A DNA stretch of 64,000 nt from positions 76,289-140,288 of the forward strand of contig JACPLU010000003.1 in assembly GCA_016186395.1 (NCBI GenBank), given 5' to 3'. The position numbers and the translations under genes were made by a program. The notes beneath the pieces were generated by a model that saw only the letters and a program-made list of their open reading frames with translations, did not search any database and had not been told where the DNA came from. Shown piece after piece: positions 1 through 10,604 of the stretch. The DNA is from Parcubacteria group bacterium (lineage in GTDB: Bacteria; Patescibacteriota; Minisyncoccia; 2-02-FULL-40-12). Each line of letters starts with the position of its first letter. The first letter of the stretch is position 1.

Positions 1-1
1 T

Positions 2-616
2 GCGTGGTGGTTTTATTTTAAGTTAGATCGAGACACAATTAATATTCCATTTTTGGGGGATCTTTATATCGGCTGGTGGTATCTGTTGTATTTTATATTT
101 ATTATGATAGGAACGGCTTTTTCAATGAATGAAACAGATGGTTTAGACGGGTTGTCTGGTGGAGTATTTTTGACTATTTTCGGGGCTTTAGCGGCGATTG
201 CTTTTGACCAAGGAAGAATGGATTTGGTTGTTTTTCTTGTGGCTATAATGGGTGCTTTGACCGGTTTTTTGTGGTTTAATATTTATCCAGCCAAGTTTTT
301 TATGGGAGATACTGGAGTTATGGCGTTAGGTTTTATGGTTGGTGTGGTTGCACTGCTTACTAATACTGCTTTGCTTTTACCAATTATAGCTATTATTCCT
401 CTTATTGAGTCTACTTCCGTTATAATTCAGACTCTTTCAAAGAAAATAAGAAAAAAGAAAATATTTCCCTCAACCCCGATTCACCATACTTTTGAAGCTC
501 TTGGTTGGCCGGAAAGTCAAATCACAATGCGTTTTTGGATGATAAACGCCATTGGTGCTGTTTTGGGTTTAATTATATTTTTAGTAGATTCTAAAATACC
601 GGCGCTTTTCAAGTAA
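2..616 (+). CDS. mraY: Phospho-N-acetylmuramoyl-pentapeptide transferase (5' truncated by window edge)
   Basis: NETDGLDGL, FMGDTG and PIHHTFE motifs; frame is open to the window start. Confidence 0.95.
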   Translation, partial: AWWFYFKLDRDTINIPFLGDLYIGWWYLLYFIFIMIGTAFSMNETDGLDGLSGGVFLTIFGALAAIAFDQGRMDLVVFLVAIMGALTGFLWFNIYPAKFFMGDTGVMALGFMVGVVALLTNTALLLPIIAIIPLIESTSVIIQTLSKKIRKKKIFPSTPIHHTFEALGWPESQITMRFWMINAIGAVLGLIIFLVDSKIPALFK

Positions 617-617
617 G

Positions 618-1712
618 ATGGCGAAACGTATTTCAATTCTTACTTTTATGTTGATTGCTTTTGGGTTGATCATGATTTCATCTGCCGGGATTTTTGAGTC
701 AAAAAAAGATTTTAACTCCGATTATTATTATTTTTACCATCAGCTTTTATATGGTGTTTTGCCGGCAGTCGGAGCTTTCTTAATTTTTAGCCGCGTGCCT
801 TATAGATATTGGAAAAAGTTTTCTCTTCCTCTTTTAATAATTTCTTTGAGTTTTCTCGTTCTCATTTTTGTCCCCAGTCTGGGTATAAGTGCTAAGGGTG
901 CGACGCGTTGGTTGAACCTTCATTATGTTTCCTTTCAGCCGGCTGAAGTTTTTAAATTTACTTTTATTATTTATCTTGCCTCTTGGCTTAGCGTTCGTGC
1001 AAAAGGCATTAACAATTTAACCCTTGAGTCCATAGCACCTTTGTTGATAGTCCTTGGAATGGTTGGTTTTATTTTGGTGGCTCAACCTGACTTAGGTACA
1101 GCAATTGTTATTGGTGGAATAGCAATGTTTATGTTTTTTTTGGCAAACATTCGGTTACGATATATTACAGCTTTAATTCTAGTGGCTACTTTATTGGTAG
1201 GCGGGCTGTCAGTGGTTTCGCCCTACAGACTCCAACGTCTTACTGCGTTTTTAAATCCAAATCTTGATGTTCAAGGTTCAAGTTATCAGTTGAATCAAGG
1301 ATTGATTGCGATTGGGACTGGCGGATTATTTGGAGTTGGTTTTGGCAAGTCTCAACAAAAACTTGGATTATTGCCAGAACCCATAACCGATTCCATATTT
1401 GCTATTATTGGTGAAGAATTAGGTTTAGTTGGAATTGGCTTTTTATTGCTTCTTTTTATTTGGTTAACATTTTTTATGTTCCAGGTTGCAAAAAACACTA
1501 GAGATTCTTTTGCCAGCTTTATAGTTTCTGGAGTTGCATCATGGATTATAATACAGGTTTTTATAAATGTAGGCGCTATTTCCGGACTTTTACCTTTTAC
1601 TGGGATTACCTTGCCATTTATAAGTTATGGCGGAACGTCTTTAGTAATTTTGACTGCCAGTATGGGTATTGTTGTAAATATTGCAAAGAATTACAATTTA
1701 CGCATAAGTTAA
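618..1712 (+). CDS. ftsW: SEDS family peptidoglycan polymerase FtsW
   Basis: GATRW, QPAE, QPDLGT and GITLPFISYGGTS motifs; follows mraY. Confidence 0.92.
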   Translation: MAKRISILTFMLIAFGLIMISSAGIFESKKDFNSDYYYFYHQLLYGVLPAVGAFLIFSRVPYRYWKKFSLPLLIISLSFLVLIFVPSLGISAKGATRWLNLHYVSFQPAEVFKFTFIIYLASWLSVRAKGINNLTLESIAPLLIVLGMVGFILVAQPDLGTAIVIGGIAMFMFFLANIRLRYITALILVATLLVGGLSVVSPYRLQRLTAFLNPNLDVQGSSYQLNQGLIAIGTGGLFGVGFGKSQQKLGLLPEPITDSIFAIIGEELGLVGIGFLLLLFIWLTFFMFQVAKNTRDSFASFIVSGVASWIIIQVFINVGAISGLLPFTGITLPFISYGGTSLVILTASMGIVVNIAKNYNLRIS

Positions 1713-1739
1713 CGTTCTTTAATAACGGAGTGGGTTACT

Positions 1740-2021
1740 ATGTTAGAGTCAGAGAAAGTTAAAGAGGAAAAGAAACCCGCTTATATTTTACAACTAAAAT
1801 TGCCGTCGCATAATATTTTCGGCAAATATTCTGAAGGCGAGAGTATGTCAGAAGATCCACCAACGGACGATGGGGATGCAAAAGTAAAAGCTGAAATAAT
1901 GTATAGAAGAATAAAAAGAAGAGATAATTACATTGGTTATAGGGTTTTAAGAATAATTGATAGTTTCACCGAGCCAAGATTAAAAGATCTAAAAAATAAA
2001 GAACCAAAACAATTCCGCTAA
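1740..2021 (+). CDS. Hypothetical protein
   Basis: 93-aa ORF with GGAG upstream and a hairpin after the stop. Confidence 0.5.
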   Translation: MLESEKVKEEKKPAYILQLKLPSHNIFGKYSEGESMSEDPPTDDGDAKVKAEIMYRRIKRRDNYIGYRVLRIIDSFTEPRLKDLKNKEPKQFR

Positions 2022-2046
2022 TAGCGGATTTTTAAATATAGGATTA

Positions 2047-2262
2047 GCCCCCACCTAACTTTTATTTTAATAGATAGAATTACTAAATATTAATTAGGAC
2101 TATTATGTAGTTAAACTAACCAAGTTTCCACAAAAGTTAGATGGGGGTTGACCCCGCCCTTTCATTTGGTAGCTTATCTTAATTTAAGAACCATAACATT
2201 AGTGGCCATTGCATTCTATTCATCATTATCAATCCAAACTTACCGGGAGAAAGGGCGGGGTT
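2047..2262. repeat. Two adjacent long-stem palindromic elements (2047-2149, 2151-2262)
   Basis: CCCCCACCTAACTTTT..AAAAGTTAGATGGGGG and ACCCCGCCCTTTC..GAAAGGGCGGGGT terminal inverted repeats. Confidence 0.7.
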
Positions 2263-2288
2263 GACTCTTAAATTTGTTTGGATATAAT
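2261..2288 (+). promoter_or_regulatory. Sigma70-type promoter for groES-groEL
   Basis: TTGACT-16 nt-TATAAT. Confidence 0.65.
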
Positions 2289-2380
2289 ATCTTTGCATCT
2301 TTAGAGGTAAATGACGCTAACAATCAATTCCGATGACCGTGGGGTATTAGGAATTAAAGATAGTTTGCGACTGTTATTCT

Positions 2381-2668
2381 ATGGTTAAGATTAAACCATT
2401 ACGTGATCATGTTCTATTAGAACCAATTAAAAAGGAGTTTAAGAGAGGGAGTATTTTGCTTCCAGAAACTGTTGAAAAGGAACGTCCTGAACAAGGAAAA
2501 GTGGTAGCCGTTGGTCAGGGTCGTATAGATAAGGATGGGAAAAAGGTTCCGATGGAGATAAAGAAAGGGGATGTGGTTTTATTCACTAAATACGGTCCAA
2601 ATGAGATTAAGATAGAAGATAAAGAATATTTAATCGCAAGAGAAGAAGATATACTAGCGATTATTGAC

Positions 2669-2671
<3 letters not shown>
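2381..2671 (+). CDS. groES: Co-chaperonin GroES
   Basis: IKPLRDHV..GKVVAVGQG..EDILAII. Confidence 0.98.
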
Positions 2672-4352
<1,681 letters not shown>

Positions 4353-4384
4353 GTCTTAAATCTTGAAACATAAACTATAAATCA

Positions 4385-4420
4385 TTTAAGTCCCGACAAA
4401 ATGTCGGGACTTAAATTTTT
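4385..4420 (+). terminator. Intrinsic terminator after groEL
   Basis: TTAAGTCCCGAC-AAAAT-GTCGGGACTTAA followed by a T tract. Confidence 0.75.
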
Positions 4421-4486
4421 AATAACCAATTTAATTCAATTTAATTGAAAAAATAGATAAAAAAAGCTAGAATAATAAAGTTTTAA

Positions 4487-4572
4487 GGAAGGGTGCCTGA
4501 GCGGTCTAAAGGAACGGCTTGGAAAGCCGTGCCCCTTTTGGGGGCCCGTGGGTTCGAATCCCACCCCTTCCG
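4487..4572 (+). tRNA. tRNA-Ser(GGA)
   Basis: GGAAGGG/CCCTTCC acceptor stem, ACGGC-TTGGAAA-GCCGT anticodon arm, long variable arm, TTCGAAT T-loop; TTGAAA-17-TAGAAT promoter upstream. Confidence 0.95.
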
Positions 4573-4712
4573 TATTGACAACTTATAACACCAAAAGGTG
4601 TTATAAGTTGTCACTTCGAAGGGAGCGATGAGAACGGAGCAAACGATTTTGCTCCATGGGATTTTCCAGAAGAAAATTGAATCCCACTCTTTACGGCTGG
4701 GTTCAACAAGTT

Positions 4713-4984
4713 ATGAATTTAATATTTATTTTCAGTATTTTAATCAGTATATTTTTTCTAGGTTTAGTATTGATCGGCTTACCTGCGCAGATCGTAAAAA
4801 ACTATAGAGAGAAACGATCTAGTCAGCCTTTACTAACTATTTTAATTGCTTTGGGATTTTATGCGTCTCAAATCATTTTTTCTATATAACACAAACGTAT
4901 TTTCCTCTAATTTCTTTTGTTGTGGGTATTCTGATGTGGGGAACAACTTTAGTACAGTTTTTGCTCTACCGTAATAACTTTTGA
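4713..4984 (+). pseudogene. PQ-loop/SemiSWEET-like membrane protein, frameshifted in a T6 run
   Basis: LPAQIVKNYREK motif; one extra T at 4876-4881 restores a third hydrophobic helix (ITQTYFPLISFVVGILMWG...) ending at TGA 4984. Confidence 0.55.
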
Positions 4985-5017
4985 TTTTAAAACCCATTTA
5001 TATTAAAGTTAAGTTAA

Positions 5018-5272
5018 ATGTTTTCACATTATTATTTTAGTGAGCGCTTTTTTGACCATTGGTGGTTGCCATTTGGAGGGTTGTTTTTGTTTATAGGCGG
5101 TTTGATCTTTGTTGTTTTAGTAGTTTGGTCGCTTATTTGGAAGGGGATGGCTTTATGGAAAGCGGCGCGGGCGGGTCACAAGGGTTGGTTTGTTGCTTTA
5201 TTAGTTATTAATACCCTTGGGATTTTGGATATTCTCTATATCTATATTTTCAGTAAGAGATCCAAGAAATAG
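5018..5272 (+). CDS. DUF5652-like small membrane protein
   Basis: WSLIWKGMALWKAAR..WFVALLVINTLGILDILYI signature. Confidence 0.8.
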   Translation: MFSHYYFSERFFDHWWLPFGGLFLFIGGLIFVVLVVWSLIWKGMALWKAARAGHKGWFVALLVINTLGILDILYIYIFSKRSKK

Positions 5273-5362
5273 CAAAAGGTTGGGTTTTAATTTTTTTAAT
5301 TTCTTGCAATTTGTATCAGTTTTAGCTAGTGTAAAAATAAGTTTTTTAATAAGAGGAAAATT

Positions 5363-5704
5363 ATGGCAGATAGTTATGAGAGAGAAGTTATCTTCGATGA
5401 TGGAATTTCTGAAATTGTACGTATTAAATGGCCACCTTGTTCTAAGAGTGAACCCCACGATCATGGAGTCTCTGTCGGGTTAATTAAAGTTATTGGGGGT
5501 TTAGTTTTTGAAAGAATCTATGATAGAACTCGGAGAGATTTTACAATACAAAATATTTATGTTGCTGGCGACACATTTAGTGAATGGAAGGATACAATTC
5601 ATATAATGGGTAATTTTTCGAATACAGAATGGGCTGAAACTTATCATATTTATACACCACCGCTTCAAATGAGGAAGTACAAGCTGGAAGAACTTTGCAA
5701 TTAA
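5363..5704 (+). CDS. Cupin / cysteine dioxygenase-like protein
   Basis: HDHG, IHIMGN and HIYTPP motifs. Confidence 0.7.
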   Translation: MADSYEREVIFDDGISEIVRIKWPPCSKSEPHDHGVSVGLIKVIGGLVFERIYDRTRRDFTIQNIYVAGDTFSEWKDTIHIMGNFSNTEWAETYHIYTPPLQMRKYKLEELCN

Positions 5705-5818
5705 CGACTATCCGCTGAAAAGCGGCTTTTTTTATTTCTTCGCCTGTTTAAAAAAGCAAAATACTAAAATTAATTCGAATCTTGCCAAAATGGGGAGTTT
5801 TTTCTATACTATTAGAAC

Positions 5819-6511
5819 ATGTCAGAAATACAGTGGGCTAACATTATGCCCAGTTACGATGATATGCTTGCGGCTGGAATGCACTATGGCCGCAAAAAGA
5901 CTGTATTCCATCCAAAGATGGAGCGTTTTGTGTATGCGTTGCGTGAGTCAATCCATATTATAGATTTATTAAAAACCGAGGAAAGATTAAAAGAAGCATG
6001 CGAAGCTCTTAAATCATTTAAAGATTCCAGCAAATTAATTCTTTGGGTAGCTTCGACAAAGCAATCAGAAGTTAAAATAGAGGAAATAGCAAAAGAATTT
6101 GCTTTGCCTTATGTTTTAAATCGTTGGCTTGGCGGAACTCTTACTAATTTTAAGACAATAAGAAGCAGGGTCAATTACTTTGAACAGATAGAGGAAAAGT
6201 TAAAGAAAGAACAAAGCAGTCCACAAATGATTAAAAAGGAAAGGGTTAAACTGGAGAAACAGTATCAAGATATGAAAGAAAAATTTGATGGTTTGCGAAG
6301 CCTTAATAGAGTTCCTGAAGCAATATTTATAACCTCATTAAAAGAGGGTGTCTCTGCGGCTAAAGAAGCTAAAAGATTAGGCGTTAAGACTTTTGCTATT
6401 GTAAACACCGAAAGTGACCCAACGTCCGTTGATTATCCGATTCCTGCTAACGATAATGCAAAAGGTTCGGTTGAGCTTATTTTAGATACGATTCGAAAAG
6501 CACTCATATAA
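5819..6511 (+). CDS. rpsB: 30S ribosomal protein S2
   Basis: AGMHYG, RWLGGTLTNF and YPIPANDN motifs. Confidence 0.97.
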   Translation: MSEIQWANIMPSYDDMLAAGMHYGRKKTVFHPKMERFVYALRESIHIIDLLKTEERLKEACEALKSFKDSSKLILWVASTKQSEVKIEEIAKEFALPYVLNRWLGGTLTNFKTIRSRVNYFEQIEEKLKKEQSSPQMIKKERVKLEKQYQDMKEKFDGLRSLNRVPEAIFITSLKEGVSAAKEAKRLGVKTFAIVNTESDPTSVDYPIPANDNAKGSVELILDTIRKALI

Positions 6512-6591
6512 CCAATGCAAATATACGAATTGATACTAATGATACGAATCTTATTAGTATAATTAGTATGCATTAGTATATTGGTATCGCG
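6512..6591. mobile_element. Empty (non-autonomous) copy of the GxxExxY cassette ends
   Basis: Left and right halves nearly identical to 41422-41458 and 41831-41870. Confidence 0.75.
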
Positions 6592-7170
6592 TTGCTTGAT
6601 TTAATTAAAAAACTAAGAGAAATAACTGGTGTTTCTATTGCTGAAATTAAAAAAGCCTTAGAAGATGCTAATCAAGATGAGCAGAAAGCCAAAGAACTTT
6701 TGCGTGCAAGGGGATCAACAAAAGCTGAAAAAAGATTTACTCGAGAAACAAAAGCAGGTGTGGTTGCTTCTTATGTTCACTCAAACTATAAAGTGGGAGT
6801 ACTTGTAGAACTGTTGTGTGAAACAGATTTTGTTGCAAGGAGTGACAAGTTTAAAGAATTAGCTCACGAAATAGCTTTACAAATTGCTTCAATGAATCCT
6901 GAATTTTTATCTTCAGAAGAAATACCAAAAGAAATAGCGGATCATGAAAAGTCTATTTATCGCGAAGAATTAATTAAAAGTGGGAAGCCTATGCAGATTA
7001 TAGATCAAATAATTGAAGGCCGATTTAAGAAACATTGTGAAGAAATTTGTTTATTAGACCAAAAATACGTTAAAGATCAAGATTTAACCGTCAGAGAATT
7101 AGTTAATCAATTTGTTGGTCAAATTGGAGAAAATATAAAGATAGGCAGGTTTGTCAGATTCGAGATATAA
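6592..7170 (+). CDS. tsf: Elongation factor Ts (short form)
   Basis: LCETDFVAR motif; follows rpsB. Confidence 0.96.
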   Translation: MLDLIKKLREITGVSIAEIKKALEDANQDEQKAKELLRARGSTKAEKRFTRETKAGVVASYVHSNYKVGVLVELLCETDFVARSDKFKELAHEIALQIASMNPEFLSSEEIPKEIADHEKSIYREELIKSGKPMQIIDQIIEGRFKKHCEEICLLDQKYVKDQDLTVRELVNQFVGQIGENIKIGRFVRFEI

Positions 7171-7174
7171 GAAT

Positions 7175-7762
7175 ATGTTTATAATATTTCCACTCATTTT
7201 GATTCTTGGATCAATTGTCGCCATATTTGCGATAGTTTGGAGAAAACGTATCTATTTACGAAAGCTCGATGCTTTAGAATTTGAGAATGGAATAAGTTTT
7301 TGGGTTTCTATGTATCCAGAATTGAATGAGGTTTTTAACAAAGTTCAGCTGTCTAAATATAAGGACCATTTGTTGACCGAGTTAGAAAAGGCTCTTCGCA
7401 GATTAAGAATTGTTTCATTAAAGATTGAAAATAAAGTAAGTCATTGGCTTGAAAGAATGCCGAAGGTTCTAGAATCAACTGCAGTTGAGACAAATACAGG
7501 CAATGGTACCACAAAGGAAACAACTTTGGTTAATCTGGTTGTTAACGGAGATGATTGGAAAAAACAAGAACAAGAATTTGTAATGGAGATTGCTAAGTCT
7601 CCAAAAAATGCTCAGCTTTACAGAAAACTCGGGGCTTTGTATATGAAACAAAAATTATGGGAAGATGCCTTGGAGTCTTTAAAGACTGCAGTCAATCTTG
7701 ACCCAGAGGATCTTGAATCTAAGGCAAGATTAGAAAAAGTTGTCCAAAAAGTTTCTCTATAA
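7175..7762 (+). CDS. Membrane-anchored TPR protein
   Basis: N-terminal TM helix; C-terminal TPR (PKNAQLYRKLGALY..ALESLKTAVNLDP). Confidence 0.7.
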   Translation: MFIIFPLILILGSIVAIFAIVWRKRIYLRKLDALEFENGISFWVSMYPELNEVFNKVQLSKYKDHLLTELEKALRRLRIVSLKIENKVSHWLERMPKVLESTAVETNTGNGTTKETTLVNLVVNGDDWKKQEQEFVMEIAKSPKNAQLYRKLGALYMKQKLWEDALESLKTAVNLDPEDLESKARLEKVVQKVSL

Positions 7763-7779
7763 AAAAGAGGTGATATTTG

Positions 7780-7803
7780 TGGTGGTTGGTAGAGTGGTCA
7801 ATT
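7780..7803 (+). pseudogene. Possible orphan tRNA 5' fragment (acceptor strand plus D-arm)
   Basis: TGGTGGTTGGTAGAGTGGTCAATT resembles a type II tRNA 5' end with an AGTGGTCAA D-loop. Confidence 0.45.
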
Positions 7804-7818
7804 TATTGATATAATTAT

Positions 7819-8622
7819 GTGATGCCAAAGAAGTGGAGTAAGAGAGAGGAGCAACAACAGCTCAACTTATTAAGGGAATTATATATTGAGAAAAATTTAA
7901 CAATTTTTCAGGTAGCCAAGAAGTTAAATATTGCTTACCAAACTGTTTATGACCGTTTAAAAAGAGTTGGCATCAAAACAATACCTTATTTAAAACCTAA
8001 CTATACGAACAAAAAGATTTTAAAGTGTATACCGTATAGTAAAGAGTTGAGCGAATTTATAGGTATAATGTGTGGTGACGGACACATTAGCGACGAACAA
8101 GTTTTTGTATTTTTAGGAAACAAATCCGATGATTATGGAAGATATATAATTGATTTATTTAGAAAACTTTTTGACAATGACTTAAAAGTTGTTAAAAGAG
8201 ATAAAAAATATTTAATTTTGTATTTAGGTTTTAGAGAATTATCCCGTTTTTTAATGGATATGGGGTTGGTAAAAAATAAAGTAAAAGAACAAGTAAGGGT
8301 TCCAAAATGGATTTTAACAGATAAAGATTTTATGCGAGCATTTATAAGGGGATTCTTTGATACAGACGGCTCGATATATAAATTACGATGGGGTGCACAA
8401 ATATCTTTTTGTAATCGTTCAGTCCAACTGTTAAAAGATGCAAGAAAAATGTTAAGTTTGTTAGGTTTTCATCCCTCAAAAATTAGTGTATGCCATTTAT
8501 ACCTTACTCAGAAGTCAGATTTGAAAAGGTTTTTAGATGAAATTGGGTCAAACAACACAATTAAATTTAATAAGTTAAAAAATTGGGTAGGTACGGAAGT
8601 AGACAAACCGGGTGCGCTGTAG
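7819..8622 (+). CDS. HTH plus double-motif LAGLIDADG homing endonuclease-like protein overlapping tRNA-Tyr
   Basis: N-terminal HTH (TIFQVAKKLNIAYQTVYDRL); LSEFIGIMCGDG and FIRGFFDTDG motifs. Confidence 0.85.
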   Translation: MMPKKWSKREEQQQLNLLRELYIEKNLTIFQVAKKLNIAYQTVYDRLKRVGIKTIPYLKPNYTNKKILKCIPYSKELSEFIGIMCGDGHISDEQVFVFLGNKSDDYGRYIIDLFRKLFDNDLKVVKRDKKYLILYLGFRELSRFLMDMGLVKNKVKEQVRVPKWILTDKDFMRAFIRGFFDTDGSIYKLRWGAQISFCNRSVQLLKDARKMLSLLGFHPSKISVCHLYLTQKSDLKRFLDEIGSNNTIKFNKLKNWVGTEVDKPGAL

Positions 8623-8672
8623 ACGCACCGACCGTTCGGTCTTCGGGGGTGCAAATCCCTCCCTACCCACCA
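8585..8672 (+). tRNA. tRNA-Tyr(GTA)
   Basis: GGGTAGG/CCTACCC acceptor stem, GTGCG-CTGTAGA-CGCAC anticodon arm, long variable arm, encoded CCA. Confidence 0.9.
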
Positions 8673-8728
8673 GAATAGAACTTAACGATTTTGAAGAAAA
8701 TGTTGATTCTAGAAAGTGCCGAAAATTA

Positions 8729-8947
8729 ATGATCAAAAAAATCGGATTAAAATATGTTGTTGTAGCTGAAAGCGGAAGAAAGATGGGCTCTTACGCGACT
8801 AAAAAAGAAGCAACTAGACGATTAAAGCAAATTGAGTTTTTCAAGCATTTATCGGAAAATAGAAGCCTGCGTCAAACATTAGGAAAAAAGACATTAATAG
8901 AAGTCCACGGACATAAGCCCGTGGTACTCCAAGGAGTACGGGATTGA
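8729..8947 (+). CDS. Small basic hypothetical protein (GRKMGSYATKKEATRRLKQIEFFKH type)
   Basis: ATG at 8729; the 3' end runs into the repeat element at 8898. Confidence 0.55.
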   Translation: MIKKIGLKYVVVAESGRKMGSYATKKEATRRLKQIEFFKHLSENRSLRQTLGKKTLIEVHGHKPVVLQGVRD

Positions 8948-9074
8948 TTTTGAAAAGATATTGGTGCTTTTCAAAATCAATCCCGACTTATATAATTTCC
9001 CTTTGCTCGCTTGCGCTCGCTTCGGGGCTGTCATTCATCCCCGAGCTGACGCTCGGGGTTTTCTGACAGGAATT
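8898..9074 (+). mobile_element. IS200/IS605-end-like non-autonomous palindromic element, copy A
   Basis: Terminal hairpins TCCACGG..CCGTGG and CATTCATCCCCGAGC..GCTCGGGGTTTTCTG; homologous to the copies at 34561, 38269 and 40485. Confidence 0.7.
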
Positions 9075-9145
9075 ATAAAATAATTAATACTGACTTTCTG
9101 AAGGTGTTGTGTTAAACAACAGGCTTTAGAAAATCGGGAATAACG

Positions 9146-9802
9146 ATGGAACAAGAAAAACCATTGCATCCTTTAACTAAAGATGAGTCAGGAGACGAAT
9201 ATGGTGCAAGACCAGAGACACAAGAGGAATTAGAAGAAGGTAAAGAACTGGCCGGAGTCACTAATGAGCATGAAGCTGCTGTTAGAGGAGTAAGGTATGC
9301 TAGAGAGGTAAATGACAATATTTTAGAACTTAATTTTTTAGCTATTCTGCAGGAAGAAACTTCTCGTTTAGTCAGCTATTTGATCCAAGAAGGAAAAGTT
9401 GACGAAGCCATGCAGAAACTTCGAGAATTACAGGAATTAAAAGGCGCAACTAGCAAAGAAACTTTAAAAACAGAGTCAGTCATTAATAATAGTGTTCAGG
9501 CCATAGACAAAATGAGTCTCTTAAAAGTTTTGGAAGTTGGTTTAGATCTTGACGAAAGACATTTGATTAAGAAATTGGCTATGCGATTAGTTGAACAAAG
9601 TGGTGGCGATATGTCTGCGGAAGACGCAGTAAAAGAAGCATATAAACAAAGACAGGATGCAAAAAATGGTTTGCAACCAGTAATACTTGTAGGAGATAAT
9701 AAAGGAAACATAGTTAGAGCTTCAAATTCTCAAGAAATTCTTGATAAGGTGCGCGATATTAAAGGTTCCAAGTTTAGGGGGATTGAACCATCTTCGAAGT
9801 AA
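9146..9802 (+). CDS. Hypothetical acidic/coiled-coil protein
   Basis: 218-aa ORF, no recognised motif. Confidence 0.6.
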   Translation: MEQEKPLHPLTKDESGDEYGARPETQEELEEGKELAGVTNEHEAAVRGVRYAREVNDNILELNFLAILQEETSRLVSYLIQEGKVDEAMQKLRELQELKGATSKETLKTESVINNSVQAIDKMSLLKVLEVGLDLDERHLIKKLAMRLVEQSGGDMSAEDAVKEAYKQRQDAKNGLQPVILVGDNKGNIVRASNSQEILDKVRDIKGSKFRGIEPSSK

Positions 9803-9855
9803 GTTTTACATTTTTTGGCGCTACGAAGCTTAAAAAAATACTAGACAATATGCTT

Positions 9856-9930
9856 GCCGACGTAGCTCAGAGGCTCTGCACAAATCACTTTGTGATTATG
9901 CGGGGTAACCGCCGCAATTCCCATGGTAAG
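9856..9930 (+). pseudogene. Interrupted 5' half of a tRNA-Thr(GGT)
   Basis: GCCGACGTAGCTCAG ... GCAATTCCCATGGTAAG with a hairpin inserted in the D-loop. Confidence 0.6.
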
Positions 9931-9951
9931 TTTGGGTATTTTATAAATTTT

Positions 9952-10023
9952 GCCCGAGTAGCTCAGTGGTAGAGCAACTCCATGGTAAGGAGTAGGTCGC
10001 CAGTTCAATCCTGGCCTCGGGCT
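9952..10023 (+). tRNA. tRNA-Thr(GGT)
   Basis: GCCCGAG/CTCGGGC acceptor stem, ACTCC-ATGGTAA-GGAGT anticodon arm, TTCAATC T-loop. Confidence 0.95.
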
Positions 10024-10345
10024 TACGGTTTAGGTTGGAGTTGTTATCCGTTCAATTTTTGTATATACTGCGGCTGGTTGGTGAGTTAGCGAATTTTTGT
10101 ATGTCATCCCGCACCAATTTTTTGGTATGCGGGAGTAAGATTAGAAAAATAATATTGAATAGTTAACAAAAGAGCTTAGGAATTAATTCAAAATTGATGC
10201 GGGATAATCAATTTTGCAGCTATTCTCTCTATTCATAGGCAAAATTTAAAGATTGAACAAAAGATTGTTGGTAATGTCATCTGCCTTCGTTAAAACTTCG
10301 GCAAGATGACATATTCACAACTAATCATTTCATTCTTAGGTAAAT

Positions 10346-10525
10346 ATGTCACAAGAAAATTTAATTAGATTACAATGCGGAGTTTGTAAACGCGCCAATT
10401 ATTATGTTAACAAAAGTGTTGGCAAAAAGAGCGGCGAGAAAAAAGAAAAGAAGTTAGCTTTGAATAAGTTTTGTAAATGGTGCCGTAAACACACCATACA
10501 TAAAGAACTAAAAATTACCGGTTAA
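10346..10525 (+). CDS. rpmG: 50S ribosomal protein L33 (zinc-binding type; absent from ORF track)
   Basis: MSQENLIRLQCGVCKRANY..LNKFCKWCRKHTIHKE, 59 aa. Confidence 0.93.
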   Translation: MSQENLIRLQCGVCKRANYYVNKSVGKKSGEKKEKKLALNKFCKWCRKHTIHKELKITG

Positions 10526-10604
10526 TCTGTCCACAGTTTATATATTTACTTTACAGCATATAGGTTATATAATCTACTCAATGAGTTCAGAGACTCGTTG
10601 ATTT

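Noticed and set aside
7780-8672. Group I or BHB intron in tRNA-Tyr encoding the LAGLIDADG protein
   Set aside because: The tRNA at 8585-8672 is complete and contiguous, and no intron core is visible around the ORF. The same holds for tRNA-Trp.
8612-8728. First 39 codons of ORF 8612-8947
   Set aside because: They overlap tRNA-Tyr; the ATG at 8729 is the plausible start.
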